Of a stretch of DNA of 64,000 bases, positions 27,029 to 40,764 are shown piece by piece. The position numbers and the translations under genes are program-made. The DNA is from Octopus vulgaris (Eukaryota), in the NCBI GenBank assembly GCA_951406725.2, contig OX597830.1, forward strand, positions 49,724,001 to 49,788,000, read 5' to 3'. Below the pieces are notes generated by a model that saw nothing but the letters and a program-made list of their open reading frames with translations, searched no databases and was not told the origin of the DNA. Position 1 is the stretch's first letter, and the number at the start of each line of letters is the position of its first letter.

Positions 27029-28009
27029 ACCACACGTTGGAATATGACTTAGAACAGAAATGAGGAATATCGAAGAGATTAAAATTTGATTTTCCAGTAA
27101 AGGACAGTAAAATATGAAATGTTTGTGGAATTTTGCACAGTTGAAACATCATTAGACTCATAAATGACAAAACCTCTTGCTTTAAATAATTTTAGCATTG
27201 TTCGTTATTTCTTTGGCTTACGTTGAACCACGTTCACTCAAACATAAGCTCAGTGTCTTCACTCTCAGGAGAAATGTCATTAGTTGTTAGAGACAAAATG
27301 AAGTAAAAGCAATTATCTACACATCGTTAGAATTTTCACATGTTCAAAATATGTATTACAAATTTTCGCTAAACAACCATATCTTGAAGGAATATTCTGC
27401 AAAAATATTAAATTTGTTGGGAAAAAATATTAAATATAAACGTGATTTAACTTCATTGTATTACTGAGAAATAAAATTACAATCGTAAACTGTGAAATAT
27501 TGTTATTCAAAGAGAAATATGGAAGAAACCCCCCCCCCAAAAAAAAGAATATTTTTACCATGTTGATATTTTGGAACATTGTAAAATATTTCATATAAAA
27601 AAAAAAGAAGGTAAAAAGGAAAAAAAGAGAAAGAATATATCAAGAGAAAATAAAGGAACTTCTTTAAAAAATGCTATAATGTAGGTTTTGAAACAAAAAA
27701 ATTTGAATAATAGATTCAAGTTTTAAAATTTATTTTGAAAATTATTCTCTATAAGAAAATATAATTTGTTCGAAATTTTCTTGTGTGTGCATAAATACAT
27801 ACATACGATGAGTTGGCAGAAATAATAGGCTTTTGGATCAAATACCCCTAGGGATTTTAGTCCCATTCTGAATGCTTTTTTTTTTTTTTACTTTTATCGG
27901 TGCACAGCATCGATAAAATAAATACCAGTAATATATTGGGGGAAGGTACTCGATTTAATTGATGTCTAAACGCATTTCTAATACACTAATAACATAGTTA
28001 TTGTGGCTT

Positions 28010-28409
28010 GACGTGGCTGTGTGGTAAGAAGCTTGCTTCCTAACCACATGGCTCTGAGTTCAGTCCCACTGCATAACATCTTGGGTAAGTGTTTTCTACT
28101 ATAGCCGCGAGTCGACCAAAGCTTTGTGAGCAGATTTAGAGGACGGAAACTGGAAGAAGCCTGACGTATATCTATATATATGTATATGTGTGTGTGTGTG
28201 TGTCTATGCTTATCCCTCCACTACCTATTGATAGCCAGTATTGGAGCTTTTACGCCTCTGTAACCTAGCGCTTCGGCAAACAGACCGATAGAATACTTAA
28301 CAGGATTAAAGAAGTAAAAAATTAATACTTGGGTCGATTCATTCGACTAAACTTTTTTCAAGGCAGTGCCCCAGCATGGCCACAGTCTAATGACTGAAAC
28401 AAGTAAAAG
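28010..28409 (+). mobile_element. SINE family A (diverged)
   Basis: Colinear homology with 8453-8866. Confidence 0.8.
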
Positions 28410-28428
28410 TTATATATATATATATAAA

Positions 28429-28902
28429 TCTCTCGAAAGGAGACTACGGCAGCAGTACTGGATATTAATGTTTATCGCCAAGTTAATATGGCAGTCCATA
28501 AATATAGGACGAATGCTGCCGTTGATTAGCTCCAAGAGGCCATCGCCTCTAGCTTCCTATATGACACACGCACCTCTGTCCAATATAACCTTCGAGGTCA
28601 GTCGCTTCCCCTTGCTGGTCAGGCATCTGCAGACATGTTTCAGGGTATTTGTCCATATCAATGCAGAGTAGTAGAACCCAGCAGGCGTCGCTACTCACCG
28701 TCTGTTCGAAGGATTATTTACCTAAATTCAGTGGAATACGTCCACTAGTTTTCAAAAATAGAAATATTATTATTTCTAAGTCTCTCTACAGGAGACTACG
28801 GCAGCGGTACTGGATATTAATAGTTATCGCCAAACTAATATGGCAGTCCATAAATATAGGATGAAAGCTGCCGTTGATTAGCTCAAGGAGTCCATCACTA
28901 GC
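28429..28902 (-). mobile_element. Retrozyme-like element, ~1.3 copies of a 352-bp unit, degenerate type I hammerhead at 28626-28667
   Basis: Direct repeat 28429-28552 / 28781-28902 (ggagactacgg at 28439 and 28791); minus strand UCUGCA UUGAUA U GGA-caaaua-CCC U GAA ACAUGU C UGCAGA. Confidence 0.7.
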
Positions 28903-29129
28903 ACTGACCACTTCCCAGTCCCACACCATCATCCACACACCTACACATGCACACACCCACACGTCAATGTCACCAGCCCCCTTCCACACGCACACATAGG
29001 CTCTCACATACTTACGCACGCGCACCCTCGTTTTGGGATCACCACTACTTTATCATCTCCCCTTCTTTATAGCTCTCCTCTCTGACCACCTCTGTCCGGC
29101 CATCGCCATGATTGACTGCTAACTACTAA

Positions 29130-29276
29130 AGCTTTCGTTTTTTATTCTCCCTGTGTTTATTTTCTCGTGTTGCTTTCTGTTGAAGAACGTAGGCTCGAAA
29201 CGTAAAAGACTTTCTCACCTTCCCCAGAGTTTAAATAATAAACCTGTTTTCGTGTTTTATTTTTTTTGTAAATTTC

Positions 29277-29281
<5 letters not shown>
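29130..29281 (+). mobile_element. Penelope-like terminal fragment with variant hammerhead (29173-29208), ending in (TA)n
   Basis: ctttCTGTTGAagaacgtaggctcGAAACGTaaaag. Confidence 0.65.
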
Positions 29282-29323
<42 letters not shown>

Positions 29324-29328
29324 CATAC

Positions 29329-29394
<66 letters not shown>

Positions 29395-29820
29395 ACATAT
29401 ATACATTGCATCAATCTCCCCAGGTGGAATGTACCAGTAAGCGCCACGGATCACTCTCTATTTCCTTGTTCCACACATATACAGCAAAAAGACTTTAACT
29501 ATGATATGTTTCTTATCTGATCATTTGTTTTCCTTCTGAAGTTGTAGCAAATACTCTCTTAGGATATTTTTACATTTATTTCTATATTTAGTGCGTTTGT
29601 TTCACTTCTCCATTTTAAAGATGCAAAAATAGCAAAAGTCATTATTTTAATGAGTTTCTCTGTTTTAATTATCAAAGAGAGATATTAGTTCTAATGTTTT
29701 GTGTATTACATTTCATATATTTGTACACTTAATTGCAAAAAAAAACGATATAAAGGTGAATGCATAGTCACATACACAGTCACACACATATGTAATCACA
29801 CAAATATTCACACACGCGCG

Positions 29821-29851
<31 letters not shown>

Positions 29852-30057
29852 AGACATGCATTCATACATGTATACACTCACACATGTGTTCGTATGTGTG
29901 CCCATGTCAATTCGGACGTAAGCGGGTAACTTTACCATACATTTCGCCGAGTTTCACCTTTCCGCTTTTCGAACGAAAATAAAGAAATTGAAGCATTCGC
30001 AAGATATCTAATGGCAACAATCATAGCAAATATCAAAGCAAATACCGAATGCCAATT

Positions 30058-30463
30058 TATCTTTTCTCTTTACTTGTTTAAGAGATTAGACTGCGGCCAT
30101 GCTGGAGCATCACCTTGAAGAATTTTTAGCCGAAAGAATTGACCTCAGTTCTTATTTTCTTTTTTAAAGTCTGATACTTATTCTATCGGTCTCTTTTGCT
30201 GAACCGCTATATTATGGGGAAGTAAACACACCAACATTACTTTCCAAGTGGTTATGAGGGATAAACACACACACACACACACACACGCATAGATACATAC
30301 ATACATATACAACGGGATTCTTTCAGTTTCTGTCTACCAAATCCACTCACAGGTCTTCGGTCGTCGGCCTGAGGCTATAGTAGAAGACACTTGTCCAAGT
30401 TGCCACGCAATCAAACTGAACACGAAACCATGAAGCTGGGAACCAAACTTCTTACCACACAGC
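30058..30463 (-). mobile_element. SINE family A (diverged)
   Basis: Reverse-strand homology with 8453-8866. Confidence 0.8.
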
Positions 30464-31153
30464 TGCAATGGTGAGGCTTTTCCAAAGAATCATGTCAGAT
30501 AGTCTTCCGGATAAAATCTGAATGGTTATTCTTCCCATCTACCGATATGTTAATCATATCAAACTCAGCACCTGATACTCGTTCTAATTCAACAAGTAAC
30601 TTTTATTTGTTCTATCATCGTTAATTTTGGTAGGAAGAACTGAAATAAGAAACTTGGCGAAAGAATTTGCGAGTGCTCGGTCAGATTTCAGCAAAGTCTC
30701 TCTCTCTCCCTCTTTGTTTCTCATTATTTCGTCTTATACATGTATATGACTTCCGATAACATCTCATATACATATATATGCATACACACACGCACACAAA
30801 CACAGATATATCTTAATGTGTGTGGTTGTGTGCATGCGTTAATTTTGGGATTGTCATTTTAAAAGAATTCTAAGGAATAACAGAAATTACTGACTGAGAA
30901 GAACGGAGATTCAACGCTAAAATCAGTTAATAGCCACTTCTTATTGTTAGAGCGTCAAGAACTGGTTATTAACCGATTCTCGAACGGTTGCAGTAGAATT
31001 GTGTCAGTGACCGGTTCGGAGTTGTGTGCCGAACATATCAACACCTCACTGAATAAATTTAAATTTGAAGTGAGTTTAACAGCTTCCTGTGTTTAGCTTT
31101 TCCATGACGTAATTCACATCTCTGAATCTCTCAATCTCCCTCTCTCTCGTGTA

Positions 31154-31211
<58 letters not shown>

Positions 31212-31480
31212 TAGGTGAATGAATTATCCTATGTTTATCGTCAGCATGGAAAATTCGTTTAACCGAAACCTGGGTAGCAAATTCACGTCAGAAACACGGT
31301 TGAAGCGACCTGTCAAGGGTAGAAACTCCGGGTTCATGTGCAGAAATTTGTGTGTTGTATATGAATAAATGAAATAATGGAGTCGAACGAAGATGTTAAC
31401 AAAATTCCTTTACTCTCGACATATGTTTCGAAGGCAGCATGTTTTTATTCCAAAGGAATTAAGGGTGCATTATGCAATCT

Positions 31481-31523
<43 letters not shown>

Positions 31524-31610
31524 TATTAGAGACAAAACCACTATTTTGCAAAACAAACAAGGAAAGACTTAATCAATACATAAAATTTTAATAAATAGTA
31601 AAAAAAACCG

Positions 31611-31653
31611 CCACTACAATCGTTTCTTGTCTTGATCGACAATCTTCAGGTGG
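31611..31653 (-). ncRNA. Type I hammerhead ribozyme motif (left arm)
   Basis: Exact reverse complement of 33479-33521. Confidence 0.8.
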
Positions 31654-33478
31654 ACTTCAATCTAAAATATCAATATTTTAAAATATACAAATAATAATTT
31701 TAAAATAATTAAAGTATGAATGAAAAAATATAAATATATAATCCATATATAACCTATATATAATCCATATATAATCAATATATAAACAATATATAAACTA
31801 AAATAAACCTATCAATAATTAAATATAAAATATAAAATATAAAACAAAACAAAAAAATAATAATAATATAATAATAAACTATATATACACCCATACACAT
31901 ATACCTAATTATATATAACCATATCTAACTACATACACTAAACCACACACCTATATATATATCCCTATACATACACATAAAAACGTCTAGGCAACTATAA
32001 ATAAATAAAATAGCTAAATACTTCAACACAATACTTATTCATACTCCCACACACACACACATACAACCCACATTCACGCTCTAGAAAACGGACATCACTC
32101 AAAATTATGAACGGAGAAATGGAATAAATGGAATTAAAAATTATATTCACTTGGTAAAACGAACACTACTTAAAAATTATGAATGAAACAATGCAATAAA
32201 ACAACAGACATCGCAAATATACACAAATTACTACGAATTCCTTAACAAACCTACCATGATAAACCAAAACTCACAAAAACATATAATGATAAAATCTCCC
32301 TTTACTAAACTCTATAACATACCTATATAGCAATCCCCCTAACCTAAACATTCACACACAAATACACACACGTAAACCACACACCCACGACATATACAAA
32401 TACCCACACCACTTACACGTACCAATACATACATATAAACCTCAACATATACTCCAAAAACCCACTCAACCCCACACAGACAAATAAACACAAAAATTAT
32501 GAATGGATTCTTTTATAAAACTACCATGATAAGCTAAAACTCACAAAACAGAAATGATAAAACCTCCCTTTACTAAACACTATAACATACTTATATAGCA
32601 ATCCCTTTAACCTATACATTCACACACAAAAACACACATGTAAACCACACACCCATAACAAATACAAACACCCACCCCACTCACACACACCCACAAGTAC
32701 ATATAAGCCTCAACATATACACGAACAAAATTACTTTACCAAGGAACTTAACATATGTATAAAAAGTATAACCGCTCCGGAAACGAACATCTCTAAATTA
32801 ATGAATGGAGAAATGGAATAAATGGAATTCTAAATTAATGAATGGAGAATGTGAGTTTTGGTTTATCATGGTAGGTTTGTTAAGGAATTCGTAGTAATTT
32901 GTGTATATTTGCGATGTCTGTTGTTTTATTGCATTGTTTCATTCATAATTTTTAAGTAGTGTTCGTTTTACCAAGTGAATATAATTTTTAATTCCATTTA
33001 TTCCATTTCTCCGTTCATAATTTTGAGTGATGTCCGTTTTCTAGAGCGTGAATGTGGGTTGTATGTGTGTGTGTGTGGGAGTATGAATAAGTATTGTGTT
33101 GAAGTATTTAGCTATTTTATTTATTTATAGTTGCCTAGACGTTTTTATGTGTATGTATAGGGATATATATATAGGTGTGTGGTTTAGTGTATGTAGTTAG
33201 ATATGGTTATATATAATTAGGTATATGTGTATGGGTGTATATATAGTTTATTATTATATTATTATTATTTTTTTGTTTTGTTTTATATTTTATATTTTAT
33301 ATTTTATATTTAATTATTGGTAGGTTTATTTTAGTTTATATATTGTTTATATATTGATTATATATGGATTATATATAGGTTATATATGGATTATATATTT
33401 ATATTTTTTCATTCATACTTTAATTATTTTAAAATTATTATTTGTATATTTTAAAATATTGATATTTTAGATTGAAGT

Positions 33479-33521
33479 CCACCTGAAGATTGTCGATCAA
33501 GACAAGAAACGATTGTAGTGG
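33479..33521 (+). ncRNA. Type I hammerhead ribozyme motif (right arm)
   Basis: CCAC CUGAAGA UUGUC-gaucaa-GACAA GAA AC-gauu-GU A GUGG: canonical core, GUA triplet. Confidence 0.8.
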
Positions 33522-33696
33522 CGGTTTTTTTGACTATTTATTAAAATTTTATGTATTGATTAAGTCTTTCCTTGTTTGTTTTGCAAAATAGTGGTTTTGT
33601 CTCTAATAATATTTTATAATATTTTACTATAAAATTGGATTTAATCCTAAATCTGATTTTTTCCCTGTAAATTTGGATTTATTCCCTAATATTTAT

Positions 33697-33751
<55 letters not shown>

Positions 33752-33798
33752 TAAAGGGTGCATTATGCAATCTTATCATATATATATATGTATGTATG

Positions 33799-33830
<32 letters not shown>

Positions 33831-33959
33831 TGTATATGTAAGTGTGTGTATATCTCTGTCTACCTGTATATATATGTCTGTACTAAAATGGAGTACTTTT
33901 GGTGAAGCATTGTGTAGTATTACATTAAAGAGACTTGTTGGGTAAGGCTGGAACAATGC

Positions 33960-35640
33960 AAGAAGAAAAGAAAGCAATGTGAAAGAAAAGGAAACAACAA
34001 ACTTGGAGTTTTACATTATATTGCTATATTTTGGGACTATGACCCTTACCTCAGGACATGTAGTAAAGCGTGGGATGGGAAAAGGTCGTTACTCAGATTT
34101 GTTAGGGAGAAAGGTGACATGTACCGACTGGTACCGCTATGGCAACCAGTCTGCTTCATGTAGTTCTTTTCTGTTATTTATTTGTTGATAAGGAGAGCCT
34201 CCATGATCCTGAGATTGCATTGTCACAGAGAAAAAACTGTAGCTGTTGGCCAGAAGATATTGCTGGATGTTGTGTAACTATTCTTGGGCGTTTCGACCCC
34301 AAACCCCAAATTTGTTGAGCTGCTGGGTCGCCACTGATAGCCCATTACTTGCAGCCTTATAACTTCCAGTTCAGTTCTTCTTGCTTGCTCCAATGCCAAT
34401 AAGAGAATCTTTCTCCCCTAAACTGCGAGTTGCTGTATTCCCCTCTCTTCCTACTACTCCTACAGCAGTTGGTATCTCACATCAGGAACGCACCGAGAAA
34501 AATCTGTGGCCAGCCTCAACTGAAAGTAACCATTTCAGCCAAACTTTTAATCCTCTGATTGTTGGACTAGATCCTGGTTCTTGACTTACCTTTCCAAAGT
34601 TTCCTCACATTTATTTTCCCAGGGGCTGTCAGTTCAATCATAATTACCTTTTTTTTTGTCTTTTCTGATCATGCTTCAAGTTTCAGAGATGTTTGGACAA
34701 ACTGGGGAAAGGAGAGTTTCCTTTCCAGGTCCATTATCCCTTCCCATGATTATGTTGTTTGCAGAAAGTTCTTTTAGAGAGAGATTTGCTTCCTCCCCTC
34801 ATTGATGGACTGAATCGCTGTGGTCGAGCTCCCGTAGATCAGGTATGTTTTTCTGCGACTCTTGCTCTAAAATGTCTCCCAGAGCTGTTATTCTGAAACA
34901 AGAGAAACATTATCGGGACATTCTCATGGCACTACGTCTTCCCTCGTTATATACAGCTCTATATCCTGCCAGTACGTGCAATATTTGGCTTCTTTCTCCA
35001 CATTCTGCAGCATGGGTTCTTCCATGTTTCCCACCTGTGCAGGATTGTTAGATTTGGAAGAGTGTCCTTGCGAGACTGAACAGGGCAGTTCTTGAGATTC
35101 AAAAGATGTGATCTTGGATGTTCGTTTGTTTCTTTTTTTTTTTTCATCTAAATGACTTATTTTTTCTTAGATCATGTTTCTCTTCGTCTTTGGATGTTTC
35201 TGAATCCCGGTCTCCTCACGCATAAGTTCTCCATTTTCTCCTTGAATCTTTGCCTGCTTCGTGTCTGTTCCACTGTTCTTTCAGTGCTGATCTTGTTAAA
35301 CTGGCATTTCTGTTATTTCCATCGCTGGATTTTCTTTACACCATCGCAACCTTACATGTGTTCCTTTGAACTGTTCGGCCACGAATAAAAGTGACAGCTG
35401 TCCCTTCAAAGACGGCTCGGTGTATTTCTTCACGAACGTAAGACTTCTGTCTCATCACTGATGTCATAGATAATTTATGTCCTTACTTAGCAGACACGTG
35501 AGTCTCTGCGACAACTCATGCTGGAAAAGCCAGGCCTTGAACTTATAAACACGATCCCCATCTTTCTTAAGCAGATGTCTTGTTTCTTCTTCCTTAATAC
35601 ATTACTTACGTTGCTCAGAGAGGCATCCTATTACTTCCCT
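33960..35640 (-). mobile_element. Strongly decayed LINE ORF2 (endonuclease to early RT), probably L1/Tx1-like
   Basis: Minus strand gives ASLSNV...VVAETHV (APE-like N-terminus) near 35500-35625; only faint RT-like remnants near 34270-34600. Confidence 0.45.
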
Positions 35641-36219
35641 AGACATTTCAATGGACTCTCCTCAATTAGTGATTACAACCTCTCCTTAAAATAATAGATC
35701 TTGAGATCAGATTGCGCGGACTCACTCTCATTTTAAAACGTGTAATCGCATTCAGGAAGAAAAGAGCTACAGCGTCAAGGATCGGTTTAGGTAGCTACCT
35801 GAGAGCGTGATTCTCTTCTTCTTAATGTTTAGACACGCAGAAACTGTTGTCAAACTAAGAACTTGATTGCGTTTCAATTTCTGATCACCATATTTCTTTA
35901 CATATTTATTTTGAACTTCATTCTCATCTATATTACCACATTAACAAATGTCTTCAGGACCCGCCTTACACGTACATAAATTAAAGCTATCTAACGCAGA
36001 GAAGCCACACAAAGGATGGTGCCTCCCGCAAGAATTCGATTTCCTTAGTCATACTAATAACACCATTATACCACCACGCTAGTATTTCTTCTTCATCCAT
36101 TCTTTTACAAGTTACGATCAATGCGCACATATCTCAGGTGATAGATACTATGATGCCACGTACCAGCCACAAAACATATCTTTATGAATATATGCATATA
36201 TATGTGTATATATGTACGT

Positions 36220-36283
<64 letters not shown>

Positions 36284-36284
36284 G

Positions 36285-36318
<34 letters not shown>

Positions 36319-36822
36319 TGTATGTATGTATGTATGTATGTATGTATACATGTATGTATGTATATAGACAATAACCAAAAATAAAAGACGTACTTATATT
36401 AAGTTTCTTAATATCATTGGTGAAAAACGATAAAAATATTTCCCACTTTCTCTCATTTTGTATTATCGAGAAACTTTCATAGTTTGTCATCAAAAAATTA
36501 ATTAGCCAAAAGGCAATTCTTTATTTTTAATATAAAACAGACATTGTTTGATCACCGATGTTCGATTTTCAATATTTAATCTGAAGCTTAAGATAAATGG
36601 TAATATATTTCTCAAGGTGATTGACTAGGATATAAAAGAAGGCGAGACAGAGGTAAAATGATAGCTGAATCAGCATGGAGGAGGTCGTTGTAAAAGCTAT
36701 CAGAGCAACAACGAGACAACTCGCTGCTCTCTGTTTAAAATGGCTGATAATAGAGCAATAAAACTGTTATCTGGAATTCTGGTCTTTGAAGCGGTGAACT
36801 GCTACTTTTATTTCCTGCAGAA

Positions 36823-36878
36823 TACATACATACATACATACATACATACATACATACATACATACATACATACATACA

Positions 36879-36912
<34 letters not shown>

Positions 36913-37575
36913 CATACATACATAAATACATAAATACATGCATACATACATACATACATACAAACATACATACACAAATACATACATACATACATAAATA
37001 CATACATACATACATACATACATACATACACACATACATACATACATATATACATACATAAATACATACATACATACATACATAAATACATACATACATA
37101 AATACAGGCATACATACGTACATAAATACATACATACATAAATACACACATACATACATAAATACATACATACATAAATACATACATACATACATACATA
37201 CATACATACACACATGCATACATACATACATAAATACATACATAAATACATACATATATACATACATAATACATGCATACATACATACTTATATACATAC
37301 ATACATGGATACATGCATACATACATGCATTAATACATACATACATACATACATACATACATACATACATAAATATATGCATACATACATACATACATAA
37401 TTACATACATGCATAAATACATACATGCATACATACATACATGCATGCATATATAAATACATGCATAAATCCTTACATACATACATACATAAATACATAC
37501 ATACATAGATACATACATACATAAATACATACATAAATACATACATACATACATACATACATACATACATACATA
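36823..37575. repeat. ~750-bp (TACA)n tetranucleotide array
   Basis: Direct reading. Confidence 0.95.
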
Positions 37576-38370
37576 AAAAAACCTACATACGTATATACGT
37601 ATATGTATGTATGTGCGTGTGTGTGCGCGCCCGCACCCGCTTGTGTGTGTGTGTGCGTGCGCGCAAGCCATACGTATTTCTGTGTATGTGTGACACTATG
37701 CGTGTAAGTTTACGCGTAGCGCAAACTATTGAGAATGTAAACTTTGAAATTTATGCATGTAGAAATATCAAATATATTCATATACATTTGTTTCATAAAT
37801 ACGTGTATGTATGTATGTATGTATGTATGTATGTATGTATGTATGTATGTATGCATGTATGTATGTATGCGTGCGTGTGTATACACGTACAAGCGCACAT
37901 ACACACATATATACTTGTATATGCAAGTGTATTTATCTGCAAACTGCATATACAAATGTGCTTGTATTTATGTGTGTGTGTTTTATGTATATAGCAGACA
38001 TAAAATACAAATCCATAAATGTGTATATAAGTTATCACGTTCAACGAAATCCGCAAGAAACACCAGTCGTACTAAACTGTCACACGTTATACTAATACAC
38101 TCCCAGGTGTGTACTTGCACTAAACTGTAAAACATTGTACCCAATAGGACGGTGAAGTATTTCGAAGATGGCTTAAAAACTTGCTTTATAACATTGCCAG
38201 CTTCGTGACTTTATTTCCATAACCAGGATTAATCATGACGGCTAATGATTTTATTAATCCTTCTGCGAACGGTCTGTAAATCCAAAACGTTATCTTCCTT
38301 GTAACTTCCATATATTTCATACAAAGGGTGACCCTCGTTATTTCCGTAAGTCTGTCTGACTGTCTCTCTT

Positions 38371-38423
<53 letters not shown>

Positions 38424-38449
38424 TTTTCTGTATGTATATATATATATAT

Positions 38450-38665
38450 GGGATCGTTAAACCCCAACGCGATTTTTTTCTCTATCCTTTTTTCCCTCAC
38501 TTTCTCTGTTGTTTTTTTTCTCTCTCAACCCTTTCTGTCGAAGTGCGTAGGCTCGAAACGTCAAAGCCTTTTCCATTTTCCCCGACAGTCAAACTAATAA
38601 ACCTTCCTTGTTGATCCATAACCTGTCTCTGACTTTTGTCTTTTGTACATTTGAACCATATACAT
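38450..38665 (+). mobile_element. Penelope-like terminal fragment with variant hammerhead (38531-38566)
   Basis: CUUU CUGUCGA a GUGC-guag-GCUC GAA ACGU C AAAG. Confidence 0.65.
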
Positions 38666-38680
38666 GTCTACATATGTGCG

Positions 38681-38729
<49 letters not shown>

Positions 38730-39154
38730 TCATGAGATTGTACCTCTGTGTGTAAGTGCGTGTTTGTGTGTGTGTGTGCACACGCGTGTGCAATTAAAGG
38801 ATCCATAAAGGATCGAAGCCTATCAATGTGAAGTGCACGACAATTATTGGTTAGAGAGAACGACGCAAATCCGGCATCTATGTAATCCCTTATCATAATA
38901 TGGAATGCATCGATGAAGGAATGTCCACTGTAGTTTGGTAAGCTGCAACCCCAGTAGTATTCAAAGTATCCAAGCATGGATGGAACCTTAAGTGCATCGT
39001 AAAACATAAAAACAGACGGATTGGTTATCTACTACCACTTACAGTTGTTTCATTTAGATTCTGTATTCTGGCGTGAAACGTCCTTATATTTTAAACCGAT
39101 TTTCTAAAATCTTCCTCGAATGCTAGATACGTATCTATAACTCTACAGTTATCA

Positions 39155-39372
39155 AGGCGGCAAGCTGGCAGAAACGTTAGCACGCCGGGCGAAATGCGTA
39201 GCCGTATTTCGTCTGCCGTTACGTTCTGAGTTCAAATTCCGCCGAGGTCGACTTTGCCTTTCATCCTTTCGGTGTCGATAAATTAAGTACCAGATACGCA
39301 CTGGGGTCGATGTAATCCACTTAATCCGTTTGTCTGCTCTTGTTTGTCCCCTCTGTGGGTAGTAAAGAAATA
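39155..39372 (+). mobile_element. SINE family B with 16-bp TSD
   Basis: TSD tataactctacagtta at 39136-39151 and 39373-39388. Confidence 0.9.
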
Positions 39373-40360
39373 TATAACTCTACAGTTACTAGCAATTAGA
39401 TTCATAGGTTATATTTAGGAAACATAGCGTATCTTAATACTATTAATGCGTATAACTGATCATATCTAAGCTACTTTTACCTACACTTAGTTCTTGCGGC
39501 TGATACCGATTATTGTAATTGTATAATTCATATTTCATATAATATAATTTCATAACTTTATTCAGTTTGCGTCTAAGATGATATCTTCGTAATATTTGCT
39601 TCATTCTCGCTTGTTAGGGCATCTATAATCCTATTGTAAATTTGAGTGGTGTTTCTCTGTCCGTTACGTTTTTATGTTCGTCAACTCCTCCGAGATCGTT
39701 GGCGCAAGGACAACGAAACTCAAACCAGCAACTCACCTAATTTCAGGGAATGTCTTAAGGGGTCTACTTTTTTAAGGGCAGCCTAAATGGGGCCCCACTG
39801 ACACCGCCCTGTTTTTACTGTTTTTTTGATCTAAATACATGGCATTGACGACCAAATCGGAGCAATGACAGGACATTTCATACCATGAACTCCCAAGGAG
39901 TATAGTAAGAAGGTTCGATTTCTGAAGGGCTGCTTAACTGGAGCCCCACTGACCACCCCTATTTTTACTGCATTGACCTCCCTCCTACGCTTACTGATTA
40001 AACTATGATCAGCATCAGTGCTTAGCGCATTTGCTAAATAAGTTTAGGCATTCTAAATACCTTCACGTACATTCAAATCGAGATAAAGAGTTATAACAGA
40101 TACGTTTCAACTGTGGTAGTGTGGATATTTAATATTTCGTAGTTTACAAAACTTATGTCTAGTTCTTTATAATTGTTGTAAATTCTTTTAACATTTTCTT
40201 AATGTTCCCTATAATTTCAAATTATTATAGCAGTAATATAACCAGTCTACTGAACCTGGATCGTTTTAATTGACTTGCTCTATTCTCAGTAAAACTGTGG
40301 CACAATTGGCTAATAGAAACGTTGGACTTCATAGTTTTTTGCTTTCTTTTTTATAAGGAA

Positions 40361-40764
40361 CTAGCAGTATCGCCCGGCGTTGCTCGGGTTTGTAAGGGAA
40401 ATAACTATATAAGCATTTTTAGAGATATAAAGTATAATAGTCATCTCAATATGGCTAGCCACAAAGGGGTGGGGTGTTACTGTAGCTTTTTACATTCTGA
40501 GATTTAATATTTAATTTTTAATATTTAGAGAGTTACTTCCCTTATATATGCCAAAAATGCATTAAAAATGGGAAAAATTGGTGGTAATTTTTTTTAAAAT
40601 CATAGACTCATCGTAGACGCGCGCTAATACCCAGAAGGGCTCGATATGAATCACGACTATAAGATACCCGGTTTTGGTTAAACTGCACCGCAAAATGTGG
40701 AAGTAGTTAGGAATCTAAATCGTAGGAGACAGATAGCACACAACCTCACTTTTATATATAAAGA
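40361..40764 (-). mobile_element. Non-autonomous Helitron (~404 bp)
   Basis: Minus strand starts TC(tttatatataaaa) and ends CTAG; subterminal hairpin cccgagcaacgccggg; inserted between host A and T without a TSD. Confidence 0.8.

Larger units (their letters stand above)
31514..33700. mobile_element. Fold-back element: ~760-bp inverted arms (31514-32275 / 32850-33618), ~575-bp spacer; probably inverted Penelope-like termini
   Basis: Arms are almost exact reverse complements, each with a hammerhead; (TA)n on both sides; flanking direct duplication at 31461-31490 / 33754-33783. Confidence 0.8.

Noticed and set aside
28444-28522. HDV-like or hairpin ribozyme fit for the conserved domain (CGAAU and A-GUC motifs)
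   Set aside because: Could not build the HDV P1/P3/L3 pseudoknot or hairpin-ribozyme loop B.
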